Source: Syntrophales bacterium
GTDB lineage: Bacteria > Desulfobacterota > Syntrophia > Syntrophales > UBA2210
Assembly: GCA_963666365.2 (NCBI GenBank)
Contig: CAXXNF010000002.1
Location: 1,024,001 to 1,088,000 of the forward strand
DNA: 64,000 bases
Direction: 5' to 3'
A program made the translations under genes and the position numbers. Below the pieces are notes generated by a model. That model ran no database searches and was not told the origin of the DNA. It saw only the letters and a program-made list of their open reading frames with translations. Below, piece by piece: positions 49,722 to 61,472 of the stretch; position 1 is the first letter of the stretch, and every line of letters starts with the position of its first letter.

Positions 49722-51574
49722 TTACGGCGCAGGCACGTTAATGAGGGTGTCCACCATGGTAACCGAAGCGTACAGGCCCAAGGCTCAACCGTCCAGCGTT
49801 GTTGTTCCCAGTGCGCCGGAAGTCGAGATCGTAACACCGGCGCTGGCAATGATGGTTCCCACCATGTGGCATTGATTTTCAATGCGCGCGGCGCTCCCCA
49901 CGTACCATAAGACGTTCTTGGCCTGGGCGCCGTTGATCAGGGTAATTCTGCGGACGTCTCCCGGGGCGCCGATAGTGAGTGACGCCGGCGCCTGGAAGAT
50001 CCAGACCGCATTCGCATCGCCCTGACCGTCGAGTGTCAGATCCGATCCCGTCAGGAGATAGTTGCCGGCCCCCGGTGCCAGGTAGATGCCCGGGGCAACC
50101 GTGAGCCCGCCCAGATTGTTGCCGATACTCGCACCTCCCGGCAGCGATCCGGGAGAGAGATTATTAAACGCAATGAGCGCATCGGCAGCGGCAGCGTCCG
50201 CAATTGTCTTTGTGACCGCATTTCCGCCCACAGCCGCGCCCCCCGGAGGCGGGGCATCCGTGTAGATCCTGCCGTTCACCATTCCGTCATTGAACGGCGT
50301 TGTCGTATAGATGTCGCCTACCGAATCCTGAAATCCGGTTACCGTAGTCGAAACACCTGTGGTCCCGAGATCCCCATTTACGATGGTAAGAATCCCCTGG
50401 TTGGTAACACCGGCCCCGCCTCCGAAACCTCCGAACGGTTGGCCCGCGCCGAGGGCTACCGGCTCGGCACATATCGTTGCGCCTGTCGTAAAGGTCCATA
50501 CTTTTTTAACTGCCAGGGCACTGCCGGCCAAATCTTTTGCCCCGGTGGTGATCGTGGCGGTATAGGAGGTATTACCCGCAAGATCGAAGGTCCGGTTAAG
50601 GGTCGCAACATTCGTCACCGGATCATAGGCGACCGTCCCTACCAATACCGGACCCAACGGGGGACCGCTTGCTTGCAGCGTAAAGATGGCATTGTTGAGC
50701 GTGAACGGATCCATCGGCTCGCTGAAGGTGGCGTTGATGGTCTTGTTGATACACACACCTGCGTCAAGATTAGCAGGGTTCGTCGAAATCACTGTGGGAG
50801 GGGTGCTGTCTGGGGCCGCACCGTGTCAAAGGTCCATACATAGTTCGTTGCCAATGCATTTCCGGCCAGATCCGTTGCCCCGGTGGTGATCGTGGCGGTA
50901 AATGTGGTAAAGCCCGCAAGACCAAGAACGCTCGCAGGCGTGAAGGTCGCGGTAGCGCCGGCGTAAACCACTGTGCCTGCCACGGGCGTTATGCCGGGTC
51001 CTGTCACCGTAAAGGATGTCGTGCTGATCGTTAAGGGGTCCATCGCTTCACTGAAGGTTGCGCTGATTTTCTTGTTGGTCGCGATACCAGTGGCAGCATT
51101 CGCAGGGTCTGTGAAAGTCACCGCGGGTGCGGTGATGTCTGGGGCCGCACCGGTGGTAAAGGTCCAGACATAGTCCGTTGCCAGTGGATTGCCGTACAGG
51201 TTTTTGGCCCCGGTCGTGATCGTGGCGGTATAGGGGGTGAGGGGTGCGAGAGCGATTAGCGGTGTAAAGACCGCAGTTACGCTGGAGTAGGCCACTGTGC
51301 CTGAAACAGGCGCTGCCCCTTGATATAAGGTAAACGTTGTCGTGTTGATCGTCGCGGGGTCCATCGCCCCACTAAAGGTTGCGGTGAGTTTGTTGCCGAT
51401 CGGCACACCTACGGCGCCATTAACAGGGACTGTTGAACTTACCGAGTCTACGACGGGTACGAAGGGTGTATTCCAAGTCCCTCATCCTCCGTCGCCTCCG
51501 CATCCTGTAACTAAAAAACCACCCAGAAGTAAGATAAATACAAGATACATTTTTTGAGCCTTAAGCTTTTTCAT
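49722..51574 (-). pseudogene. Lipoprotein with three Ig-like (Big_5) repeats and a DUF3494 ice-binding-like domain, triply inactivated
   Basis: Lipobox LVTG-C; in-frame TGA at 51482-51484; 1-nt frameshift near 50823; in-frame TGA at 49785-49787; APGIY, LTLDGQGDANAVWIFQ, GAQAKNVLW. Confidence 0.85.
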
Positions 51575-51720
51575 AACTGCTCCTCCCTCTATACTTCAAT
51601 CTTTTGTTATTACTGCTATTGTTTTTAAAACCTAAACTAACCTTACCAAAGGTTCTTTTAAAAATCAGGGGTTCGGGTCTACGGCCGTCGCCGTAGACCA
51701 TTTGTGGGGGATAACGGCAC

Positions 51721-52038
51721 CTATTTTTTCACATTGAGATTATTCTTTACAGAATTGACGCCTCCGACGCTTCTTGCAATTTTAACCGCATTATCAACGG
51801 CCTTTTGGGAATCAACAAACCCGCTCAGCTGCACGACGCCCTTGTAAGTTTCCACCCCGATCTCGAATGACTTGAGAAAATCATCGGCGGCCAGCAGAGA
51901 CTTGACCTTGGTCGTGATGACCGAATCGTCGACATATTCCCCGGTGCTCGACTGTTTGGATGTCGATGCGCAGCTCACGAAGGTGAGCAGGGCGATGATA
52001 AGAACCAAACTTCCAATAATCATATGTTTCGTTTTCAT
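51721..52038 (-). CDS. BON-domain (OsmY-like) lipoprotein
   Basis: Lipobox FVSC, DDSVITTKVKS, GVVQLSGFV, GVNSVKNNL. Confidence 0.9.
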   Translation of the reverse strand: MKTKHMIIGSLVLIIALLTFVSCASTSKQSSTGEYVDDSVITTKVKSLLAADDFLKSFEIGVETYKGVVQLSGFVDSQKAVDNAVKIARSVGGVNSVKNNLNVKK

Positions 52039-52096
52039 GATTTATAGTCCTTTCTTTTTTAAGATGCGTAATTTTGAATGGCTTCGTATCGGCGGA

Positions 52097-52246
52097 TCAC
52101 ACCTGCCGGCGGCCTTGAATAACCTGGATCAGCACCACGATGATGGCAATCACCAGCAGGGCGTGAATGACGCCGCCCAGCGTGTAGCCGGTCATCAGTC
52201 CCAGGCCCCATAGAATCAAAAGTATCACGAATATTGTCCAAAGCAT
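52097..52246 (-). CDS. Lmo0937-family small membrane protein (not in the ORF track)
   Basis: MLWTIFVILLILWGLGLMTGYTLGGVIHALLVIAIIVVLIQVIQGRRQV; AAAGGAGG RBS. Confidence 0.85.
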   Translation of the reverse strand: MLWTIFVILLILWGLGLMTGYTLGGVIHALLVIAIIVVLIQVIQGRRQV

Positions 52247-52288
52247 GTTGACCTCCTTTGAGACGCCTTCAATTGTTGGCGTCTTTGA

Positions 52289-52468
52289 TTACTTATCGAA
52301 AACTTTCTCGATATCGCCGGCCTTCTCTTGAACTTTGCCGCCTGTGTTTTCATCTTTTCCTTCGGTTTCCAGTTCGGGACTATCGGTTATCTTGCCGACG
52401 ACCTCCTTGATCTTTCCCTTGAATTGGTGAAGCTTGCCTTGCACTTTGTCTCTTGTGCTTGATTTCAT
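52289..52468 (-). CDS. CsbD-family stress protein (not in the ORF track)
   Basis: MKSSTRDKVQGKLHQFKGKIKEVVGKITDSPELETEGKDE...; AAGGAGA RBS. Confidence 0.87.
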   Translation of the reverse strand: MKSSTRDKVQGKLHQFKGKIKEVVGKITDSPELETEGKDENTGGKVQEKAGDIEKVFDK

Positions 52469-52487
52469 GGCATGTCTCCTTCTGACA

Positions 52488-52953
52488 TTAGGGTTTGTCG
52501 AATTCGGCTACCGCATTATTGTAGGCGCCGGCCAAATCCTTCATTGCGGCATCAATACCTGATTTAAATTGGTCCCATGCACTTCCACCGGAAGCACCCA
52601 GCTCCTTCATCTTTTCGGACACCGCGTCGCGTTTCTGGCGCAATGCGGCCAGTTGCTGCTCGGCCTTCACTTGAGCATCGCCGCCCAGCTTTTCAGCGCG
52701 TTCCTGCAGGTGATCAATTTTTTTGTCATACTCCCCGAGCCTGGTCTCCATGGCCTGCCGGAAGGCCTGAACCTGCTCCTGGGTGTAGGCCTTGGTGGCT
52801 TCATAGGCCTCCTTGGTCTCCTGTGTGACATCCTCCCTGGACACGCCTTCCGCCGCGCTCTGAGGCTTTTCTTTCTCACCACACCCGGTGACGGCTACCA
52901 AGGCCGCCATCAACAGAACTATCAATAATCTTTTTACACACATTTGTTTGATA

Positions 52954-52961
<8 letters not shown>
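52488..52961 (-). CDS. Coiled-coil lipoprotein of unknown function
   Basis: GGAGGT RBS before ATG 52961, lipobox VTG-C, helical charged body. Confidence 0.75.
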
Positions 52962-54900
<1,939 letters not shown>

Positions 54901-54959
54901 GTTCTATCCTTTTCAACAAATTCTATCGATTTGGGTGTGCGTAAACTTAAAACACCGAC

Positions 54960-55310
54960 TCATTTTTTGATAAGAAGCTCAAGTCCATCGCAACATGCTC
55001 GTTTCACGGCATAGTCAGCCTCCTTTTGCCCGGGCATTTTATCCCATCCCCCTTTTTCGATGAATTCAGCTCTCTTCCATGAATCTATTGCTTTGAATTC
55101 CTTGAGTTTCTCTTCATGGTTCGGCTGCCTCATAAATTGGGCGACGCAGATTGCCGCCTGACTTGCCAAAACCGCTTCTTCGGTCATCGTTTTGGTCGTG
55201 GCGGACGTTGTCCAGCCTCCCCAGGCAAAACCGATGATCATTACGATGACGGCCCCGCAAATAAGACCCCAAACCCCATACTTAACTTTTCCCGCATTTT
55301 CCGGTTTCAT
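54960..55310 (-). CDS. Membrane-anchored hypothetical protein
   Basis: GGAGGT RBS before ATG 55310; TM segment then GFAWGGW. Confidence 0.7.
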   Translation of the reverse strand: MKPENAGKVKYGVWGLICGAVIVMIIGFAWGGWTTSATTKTMTEEAVLASQAAICVAQFMRQPNHEEKLKEFKAIDSWKRAEFIEKGGWDKMPGQKEADYAVKRACCDGLELLIKK

Positions 55311-55482
55311 TGATACTACCTCCGTGAATGATGTTGTGATATTTTTACCTGTGATGACCCCGTGACCCATAAATGAGATGTGGTCATCGCCCCTGCCTGC
55401 ACATTTGTTTTCTTTTTAACCATCACCGTTATTTTCCCCCGAGACCGCTTTAACGCCCTGTTTCCGCGATCCGGCCCTCTTG

Positions 55483-56463
55483 TTAATCTACCGCCACTGG
55501 CATCTGCGCCTGGTTTGGATTCGCGTTCTTGATGTATCGATAAAAGTCGCTGTCCGTGGTCAGGATCAACACCGAGTTCATGTTGGTCTTCTCCTTGTAG
55601 CTTTCAAGGGTGCGTAAAAAGGCATAGAATTCCGGATTTTTATTGTACGCTCGGCCGTATATGCGCGTAGCCTCGGCGTCGGCTCTACCCTGGACCTCCT
55701 GCACCTTGCGGTAAGCGGTTGAGCGGATCTGGCGCAGCTCTTTTTCCATTGTGCCCAGGATCTCTGCGCTGCGTCCCTCCCCTTCGGAGCGGAACTGCGC
55801 GGCGATGCGCTTGCGCTCGGAAATCATGCGCTCATAGACCTTTTCGCGGACGCTTTCCACGTAGTCGAGGCGCTTGATACGCACATCCACCAGTTCGATG
55901 CCGTATTGCGGAATGATCTTCTGTGCCTCAGTCAGTATCGTGCGGGTGATCTCCTCCCTGCCGCGGGCAATCTCCCTTTTAAGCTCTTCTTCGCGCTCCT
56001 TTGGGACCTCCTTCAAGGCCTCGTCCTCGGGCACTTCCCACGAGGCGCTGCGCACGAGCTCCACGAGTTCACTGCTCGACACCTGATCGCGCACCACTGA
56101 ATCAAGGATATCGTTCAAGCGTGACTGAGCGCCTTCTTCGCTGGCCACGTTCTCCAGGAATTTTTTCGCGTCGGCAATTCGCCATCTGGCGGTGGTGTCC
56201 ACCCAGATGAACTCGCGTCCCTTGGTGGGAACCTGATTCGGATCACCATCCCAGACCAGCAAGCGCTTTTCAAACCCGCGGACCTCCTGCACAAAGGGCA
56301 GTTTCATATGCAAGCCCGCCTCGGTTATCGGTTCCCCGACGGGACGGCCGAACTGCACGACGATCGCCTGCATTCCTTCTTCCAGAGTGTAAAGCGCGCT
56401 ATTGAGCACGATAATAACCACCACCGTCAGGCCGATGATCGCTGCTTTCAAGGTAAACTTCAT
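55483..56463 (-). CDS. hflC: FtsH modulator HflC
   Basis: SPFH domain, VYERMISER, RSEGEG, FYAFLRTLESY. Confidence 0.92.
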   Translation of the reverse strand: MKFTLKAAIIGLTVVVIIVLNSALYTLEEGMQAIVVQFGRPVGEPITEAGLHMKLPFVQEVRGFEKRLLVWDGDPNQVPTKGREFIWVDTTARWRIADAKKFLENVASEEGAQSRLNDILDSVVRDQVSSSELVELVRSASWEVPEDEALKEVPKEREEELKREIARGREEITRTILTEAQKIIPQYGIELVDVRIKRLDYVESVREKVYERMISERKRIAAQFRSEGEGRSAEILGTMEKELRQIRSTAYRKVQEVQGRADAEATRIYGRAYNKNPEFYAFLRTLESYKEKTNMNSVLILTTDSDFYRYIKNANPNQAQMPVAVD

Positions 56464-57506
56464 GGCTTCCTCCCTTCCACTGATCGCTGCGCCCCGGATT
56501 CCAGTGAGAACCAGGGGACCATGGCCTGCTGATCTTTGTCCACGATATAGAGCCCTTTTATATCCGACAACAAACCGGTCATGGCCTCCAGGTACAGCCG
56601 CCGGCGTGTGACCTGTGGCGCTTCCAGATATTGTTTTAAAATGGACTCAAACCGGGTGGCCTCCCCTTCGGCCCGGTTTACGCGCTCCAGGGCATAGCCT
56701 TCGGCCTCACTGATGCTTTGCGCCGCTACGCCCCTTGCTTTGGGAATTTCGCGGTTGGCCTGCTCCTGAGCTTTATTGATGGTACGCTCTTTGTCCTGGC
56801 GCGACTCATTGACTTCATTGAAAGCCGGCTTGACCGTGTCCGGCGGGGTGACGTCCTGAAGTTCCACGGTCACCAGACGCACGCCGGTTTCATAGGCAGT
56901 CAGAATTTTCTGGATTTCGGTTTTGGCTTCACTGGCCACCGCCACTCGCCCTGTGGTCAGCACATCGCTGCCCAGACGGTTACCGACGGCGCGGCGCATC
57001 ACCGCCTCTGTGGTGTCGCGGATGGTTTTCGATGTATCGCGGACCTGAAACAGATAACGGATCGGGTCTTCTATGCGGTATTGGATAATCCACTGGACAT
57101 CGATGACGTTCAGGTCTCCGGTAAGCATGAGTGACTCATCCTTGTAGCCGCCGCGCGTATCATAACGGGTTTTTTCGCCGGGGACGGCGGACACCGTTCG
57201 AAAGCCAAATTCCTCTTTGAGTACACGGGCCGTGGGCAGCAAACGGACCTTTTCGATGCCGTAGGGCAATTTAAAATGCAGCCCCGGACCGGCCGTGCGC
57301 ATGACCCTGCCGAAGCGTTGCACGATACCCGTCTCCTCGGGTTGAACGGTGAACCATGCGGTCCATAAAACCACCACCGCCACCAACACCACGGCGAGAA
57401 TCAGGACCGGCCCGCCTTTAAATTTTTTAAATTGCTGCCGAACTATCTCCAACACTTCTTCCAGCGTCGGCGGCGCCCCCCCCGGGGGTTGATTCCATTC
57501 AGTCAT
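56460..57506 (-). CDS. hflK: FtsH modulator HflK
   Basis: SPFH domain, ESLMLTGD, VKPAFNEV, VTRRRLYLE. Confidence 0.92.
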   Translation of the reverse strand: MTEWNQPPGGAPPTLEEVLEIVRQQFKKFKGGPVLILAVVLVAVVVLWTAWFTVQPEETGIVQRFGRVMRTAGPGLHFKLPYGIEKVRLLPTARVLKEEFGFRTVSAVPGEKTRYDTRGGYKDESLMLTGDLNVIDVQWIIQYRIEDPIRYLFQVRDTSKTIRDTTEAVMRRAVGNRLGSDVLTTGRVAVASEAKTEIQKILTAYETGVRLVTVELQDVTPPDTVKPAFNEVNESRQDKERTINKAQEQANREIPKARGVAAQSISEAEGYALERVNRAEGEATRFESILKQYLEAPQVTRRRLYLEAMTGLLSDIKGLYIVDKDQQAMVPWFSLESGAQRSVEGRKP

Positions 57507-57590
57507 AACGTACCTCCTGATAATTTAGATCGATACTTGCGTGTTTAAAGTGAAGGTCATTCAGTCTCATTGAATTTTTACTCCCTTTGC

Positions 57591-59069
57591 TCAAAGAATA
57601 TGCAGCTCGCATACCCTCCGGTAATGGTAGCCGTAGATAGCCAGGGTAACCGCCAGGGGAAGCATCCTGGGCCTGCGCGCCAGGGTCCATGCCAACAGCC
57701 CCCAGTAGTAGAGTCTTTCCTTGCCCAGAATGCCCAGCCGCAGGCTTGCCCGCCAGAACGCGAGGATGCGCTGCCAATCAACGGGAGTGGTCGCCGCCGG
57801 CATCTTGAGTTCCTCCAAAATACGTCTGACGCGCTGGTAGTATTGGCGCGGCGAATAGATCTGTTGCATAACGGCGCGATACCCATCGATCAGCTTGTCC
57901 ATTCCCATGGCCGGGATAATATTGGTGCGGCCGTCCACGTTGTCGCCGGAAAACTCCTCCGATACGCGATGCTCTGATGCAAGGCGTTTGAACAAGCGGG
58001 TGCCCGGAGGGGCCTGAAGCATGCCCACCATGGCCGTCACGATGCCGCTTTGCTGAATGAAATCGATCTGACGCTGAAAAATCGAGGGCGGATCGCTGTC
58101 GAAGCCCACGATAAAGCCGCCCATCACCTGCAATCCGTAGCGGTGTATTTTTTTGATATCCTGGAGCAGATCCCTGTTTTTATTATGCGTCTTGCCGCAT
58201 TCAGTGAGACTGTTTGCATCCGGCGTCTCGATGCCGATAAAAACGGAATCGAAGCCGGCCGCGGCCATCATGTCCATGAGTTCAGGATCATCGGCGAGGT
58301 TGATCGATGCTTCCGTAAAAAATACGCATCCTTTTTTATCCTTGCGCCAGTGGATCAGGGCCGGCAGCAAATGCTCCTTAAGGGCTCGTTTGTTGCCGAT
58401 AAAATTGTCGTCCACAAAAAAGATATTGCCGTGCCAGCCTGTCTGGTACATTGCGTCCAGTTCAGCGACTATTTGCCGCGGCGTCTTGATGCGCGGCGTG
58501 CGTCCGAAAAGCGCCGTGATGTTGCAGAACTCACAATTGAAAGGACATCCTCTGGAGTACTGAATGTTCAACGAGGCATAGCGACGGGTATCGATCAAGC
58601 CCCACAACGGGATCGGGCTCTGGTGGATGTCGGGATATTCGTCGGCCTTGTACATTCTTTTGGGGCATCCCTTGGCCAAATCGGCGATAAAGTCCGGCAG
58701 CGTGGCCTCGGCTTCGTCTAAAACCAAGTGATCCACCTGCTCGAAATCATGGGGCTGCGCCGTGAAAAGCGGCCCCCCGGCCACAACTTTCAGGCCCCTG
58801 CCTTTGCACCGGTCGATGATATGAACGGCCGATGTACGCTGAACCGCCATTGCGCTGACAAAGGCCATGTCGGCCCATGCAAGATCGTCGTCGCCAAGAG
58901 TCTCCACGTTCAGGTCGACAAGGCGGATTTGAAATTGTTTCGGCAACATGGCCGCAACAGTAATCAGGCCCAGCGGCGGAAAGGCCGCTTTCTTTCCAAT
59001 GAAAGGCAGCGCATGCGAAAAGGACCAAAACGTATCGGGAAACTTTGGGTACGCAAGCAGAACGTTCAT
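57591..59069 (-). CDS. B12-binding radical SAM protein (DUF4070/HpnP-like family)
   Basis: PPLGLITVAA, VVAGGP, SRGCPFNCEFC, FFVDDNF; ATGA overlap with the upstream gene. Confidence 0.88.
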   Translation of the reverse strand: MNVLLAYPKFPDTFWSFSHALPFIGKKAAFPPLGLITVAAMLPKQFQIRLVDLNVETLGDDDLAWADMAFVSAMAVQRTSAVHIIDRCKGRGLKVVAGGPLFTAQPHDFEQVDHLVLDEAEATLPDFIADLAKGCPKRMYKADEYPDIHQSPIPLWGLIDTRRYASLNIQYSRGCPFNCEFCNITALFGRTPRIKTPRQIVAELDAMYQTGWHGNIFFVDDNFIGNKRALKEHLLPALIHWRKDKKGCVFFTEASINLADDPELMDMMAAAGFDSVFIGIETPDANSLTECGKTHNKNRDLLQDIKKIHRYGLQVMGGFIVGFDSDPPSIFQRQIDFIQQSGIVTAMVGMLQAPPGTRLFKRLASEHRVSEEFSGDNVDGRTNIIPAMGMDKLIDGYRAVMQQIYSPRQYYQRVRRILEELKMPAATTPVDWQRILAFWRASLRLGILGKERLYYWGLLAWTLARRPRMLPLAVTLAIYGYHYRRVCELHIL

Positions 59070-59434
59070 TTGACAAGCCTCCATTGTTCATCGATCGGGA
59101 ATAGCGTTGCGTTTTTCCCCCTGGCCACATGAATGGCATCCATTCCCTCCGAATGAGAAACCGTGTGAATCTGAATTTCCAATGGAGCTCTTAAAAGGGC
59201 CTTTGTTCCTAACAGGATGCCAAAACGATGAGATGCGATATGATGATCCAGATCTTTACGGGTTTTCCACTCCTCCAGCAGGCAAAAACGGTTTTTATCT
59301 TCGATATCGGCAAAAATGCTATAACTTATGCACCCCGTCTCCTTTGCCGTCGGCTCGATCAAGGCGATAAGTGTTTGCATCATTTCCAGGTGCTTGCCCG
59401 GAATTACGTTCATGGTGATTTTCATGGCGATCAT
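59066..59434 (-). CDS. ABM (antibiotic biosynthesis monooxygenase)-fold protein
   Basis: ETGCISY, LLEEW, HIASHRF. Confidence 0.8.
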   Translation of the reverse strand: MIAMKITMNVIPGKHLEMMQTLIALIEPTAKETGCISYSIFADIEDKNRFCLLEEWKTRKDLDHHIASHRFGILLGTKALLRAPLEIQIHTVSHSEGMDAIHVARGKNATLFPIDEQWRLVK

Positions 59435-59559
59435 TATGATACCCTCCCCGAAATGCCGGCATTTTCCATTAACTCACGATTGCGACCAAGGTTCGTTTCT
59501 TTTCCCTGGCCGAAAGGGCGTTCAACAGGGTCCGCAACGCACCGGCTGCTCGGCCCTGC

Positions 59560-59673
59560 TTACCGTTGACCTTGCCGATATCTGCTTTTATGAATGACGG
59601 TCCTTACATACAATCTATACCGAAGCCGACGCATACTGTTGGCCAGCTTCTGTGGAAATTTATTATCTCTCAT
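59560..59673 (-). CDS. Arg-rich 37-aa small protein
   Basis: AAAAGGAGA RBS before ATG 59673; first ORF after the sigma54 promoter. Confidence 0.4.
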   Translation of the reverse strand: MRDNKFPQKLANSMRRLRYRLYVRTVIHKSRYRQGQR

Positions 59674-59761
59674 GTCTAATTCTCCTTTTTCCCTGCAAAC
59701 GATCGCCTGGGTGAAAGCTATCCCAGGAAAAAAATTGGGGCTTCTATATGGTACTGTTAAG

Positions 59762-59777
59762 ATCAAACTTCATGCCA
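59762..59777 (-). promoter_or_regulatory. Sigma54 promoter of the long stress operon
   Basis: TGGCATGAAGTTTGAT. Confidence 0.7.
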
Positions 59778-59874
59778 GATCTTAACTATTGGATATTTTT
59801 TGCATCATGCTGATTTATAAGGGGAACACGCAGAAAGAAGACTCACGGGCTGTTATAAACACTCATGGAAACTG

Positions 59875-59905
59875 TGTCACATTTAACCAATGGTCATATA
59901 TGACC
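59875..59905. promoter_or_regulatory. Tandem enhancer (UAS) palindromes
   Basis: TGTCACATTTAACC and perfect GGTCATATATGACC, starts 17 bp apart. Confidence 0.68.
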
Positions 59906-60176
59906 CTTCCCCAAAGAATTTCGAGGCGGGATAAAAAGACAACAGCATAAAAGAAACAAACGTCCACAAGCGTTCGTTTTCCCGGGTACGCGCACCTTTC
60001 ATACCGTACTCAATGGTTTTGCCCAAATGGTCGTGGTGCACATTGGTTTTTGTAATTAATGAATGCGAGCCATTTACATCGAAAGGGGAGATGCTCCATG
60101 GCAGCGATTGTATATCAGACCAGGAAGCAGACGGAAATTACCTGTGCCTATGAATCGCTATCCTAAGAGTGATGCT

Positions 60177-60524
60177 TCATTTAGCATTGTCTCTTATAAA
60201 TTTTTTTTGTTCCATGGGCGTTCCAGAATCTTCTTCATCTTCCGGAACATATTTGCCCCAGAGCGGGTCATTACCGTATTGCCGCCACCACCATCTGTCA
60301 AATTCGGTCCAGGGATCGCGCACACCGAACTCTTCTTTCATTAAAAACGTATAGGCCTTGTTTATATCCTGCATCTTGATATGGGCTTCCTGATCGGGAT
60401 TGACATCGGGATGCCACATTTTTGCGAGTTCCCGATATTTAATCTTGGCATCTTCGGCTGTTGCATGCCTGGAAATGCCCAATATTTTTCTTGCCCTCTC
60501 TACTTTAAGATTCCGATTTTCCAC
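60177..60524 (-). CDS. Small J-domain (DnaJ-like) protein
   Basis: ILGI, YRELAKMWHPD, INKAY. Confidence 0.85.
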   Translation of the reverse strand: MENRNLKVERARKILGISRHATAEDAKIKYRELAKMWHPDVNPDQEAHIKMQDINKAYTFLMKEEFGVRDPWTEFDRWWWRQYGNDPLWGKYVPEDEEDSGTPMEQKKFIRDNAK

Positions 60525-60621
60525 TTTAACTCATTTCTCTCTCAATTCTTTTTTTCACCAATAGAGGAATCGGGATTTTTTGATCGTTCTTTATAAAATG
60601 CTGACTGTGGAAGGATAGATT

Positions 60622-61071
60622 TCATATTTTTCGTGCTCGTGCACCTACATCAGGGTTATTTTCACCAAAATCCTCCAGAAGAATAGCCACGACATTCTCC
60701 CTGGCATTGCCCTGTTCTTCCTGTGATTTAATCAATTGGTAGGCGGCAAACAGCGATGACGGTCCAATTTCAGACGCGAAATGGCCGGCGCCCTGATTCC
60801 AGACGAAAAGACTGAAGAGTTCGTCGAGTTCACGCACTGTTGTGCCTGCCGCATATGCTTTTACCAGTTCCCTCGTTGCCTGTCTGTATCGACCTCCGCC
60901 GACGGCATTGGCAAGTGAAAGAAGGTACTTCGTTTTCTGATCAATAGCCGGATTGTCGTTCCCCCAGATTAGATTCCAAAAATTACCAATAATATTTGAA
61001 AGTCGGCTGTCGGTCTTTCTAAAATTTACAAGGGCCATTGGTTTCAATGGCGGACTGTCTTCTCGTTTCAT
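60622..61071 (-). CDS. Hypothetical protein, AhpD/carboxymuconolactone decarboxylase-like
   Basis: AIDQKTKYLLSLA..., AYAAGTTVREL helical motif; fold is inference. Confidence 0.6.
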   Translation of the reverse strand: MKREDSPPLKPMALVNFRKTDSRLSNIIGNFWNLIWGNDNPAIDQKTKYLLSLANAVGGGRYRQATRELVKAYAAGTTVRELDELFSLFVWNQGAGHFASEIGPSSLFAAYQLIKSQEEQGNARENVVAILLEDFGENNPDVGARARKI

Positions 61072-61280
61072 TTCGGGTGCCCTTTCTTATGCACTACCCT
61101 GCTGATTGCAGTGACAAGATCGTTCAGATTGATGCCGTAGAGCTTGGCCGCATCTTCCAGTGTGTGAAAGGATTCCGCCGGACACCCAACGCAGAGCATC
61201 CTGCGCTTGATAAAAACGCCGGTCGCCTGCGGGCGCCGTTCCAACAGCTCTTTGATTGTCATTTTTGTATCCGCGTTCAT
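61068..61280 (-). CDS. DUF1858-domain small protein
   Basis: TIKELL..PQ..VF...MLCVGC....TLEDAA..YGI. Confidence 0.8.
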   Translation of the reverse strand: MNADTKMTIKELLERRPQATGVFIKRRMLCVGCPAESFHTLEDAAKLYGINLNDLVTAISRVVHKKGHPK

Positions 61281-61314
61281 TGTGTGCACACACCACCATC
61301 TTTACAATACATTG

Positions 61315-61334
61315 TCTTTGCGCCGGCGCAAAGA
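61315..61334. promoter_or_regulatory. Crp/Fnr (NnrR-type) operator
   Basis: Perfect 20-bp palindrome TCTTTGCGCCGGCGCAAAGA. Confidence 0.72.
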
Positions 61335-61472
61335 TAACGGCGGAACTTATAGATTCTCCAAAAAAATAACCAGGGCGTGGGGATCGGTGATAATAATCCG
61401 CTCACGTGTAGATTTTACCCAACCCTTTTTTTCCCAGGCGCTCAGCGTGCGGCTCACAGTATAAAGGGTAGT

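Noticed and set aside
49785..51484. Two in-frame TGA codons as selenocysteine or alternative-code readthrough
   Set aside because: They appear to replace Gly and Arg codons, a frameshift is also present, and TGA ends many normal genes here
49665..52290. Intercistronic hairpins (49665-49695, 51676-51699, about 52261-52285) as terminators
   Set aside because: No U-tract on the coding strand; at most mRNA stability elements
59435..59560. Possible c-di-GMP riboswitch (CCGAAAGG loop)
   Set aside because: The motif is on the non-coding strand and the rest of the aptamer consensus is missing
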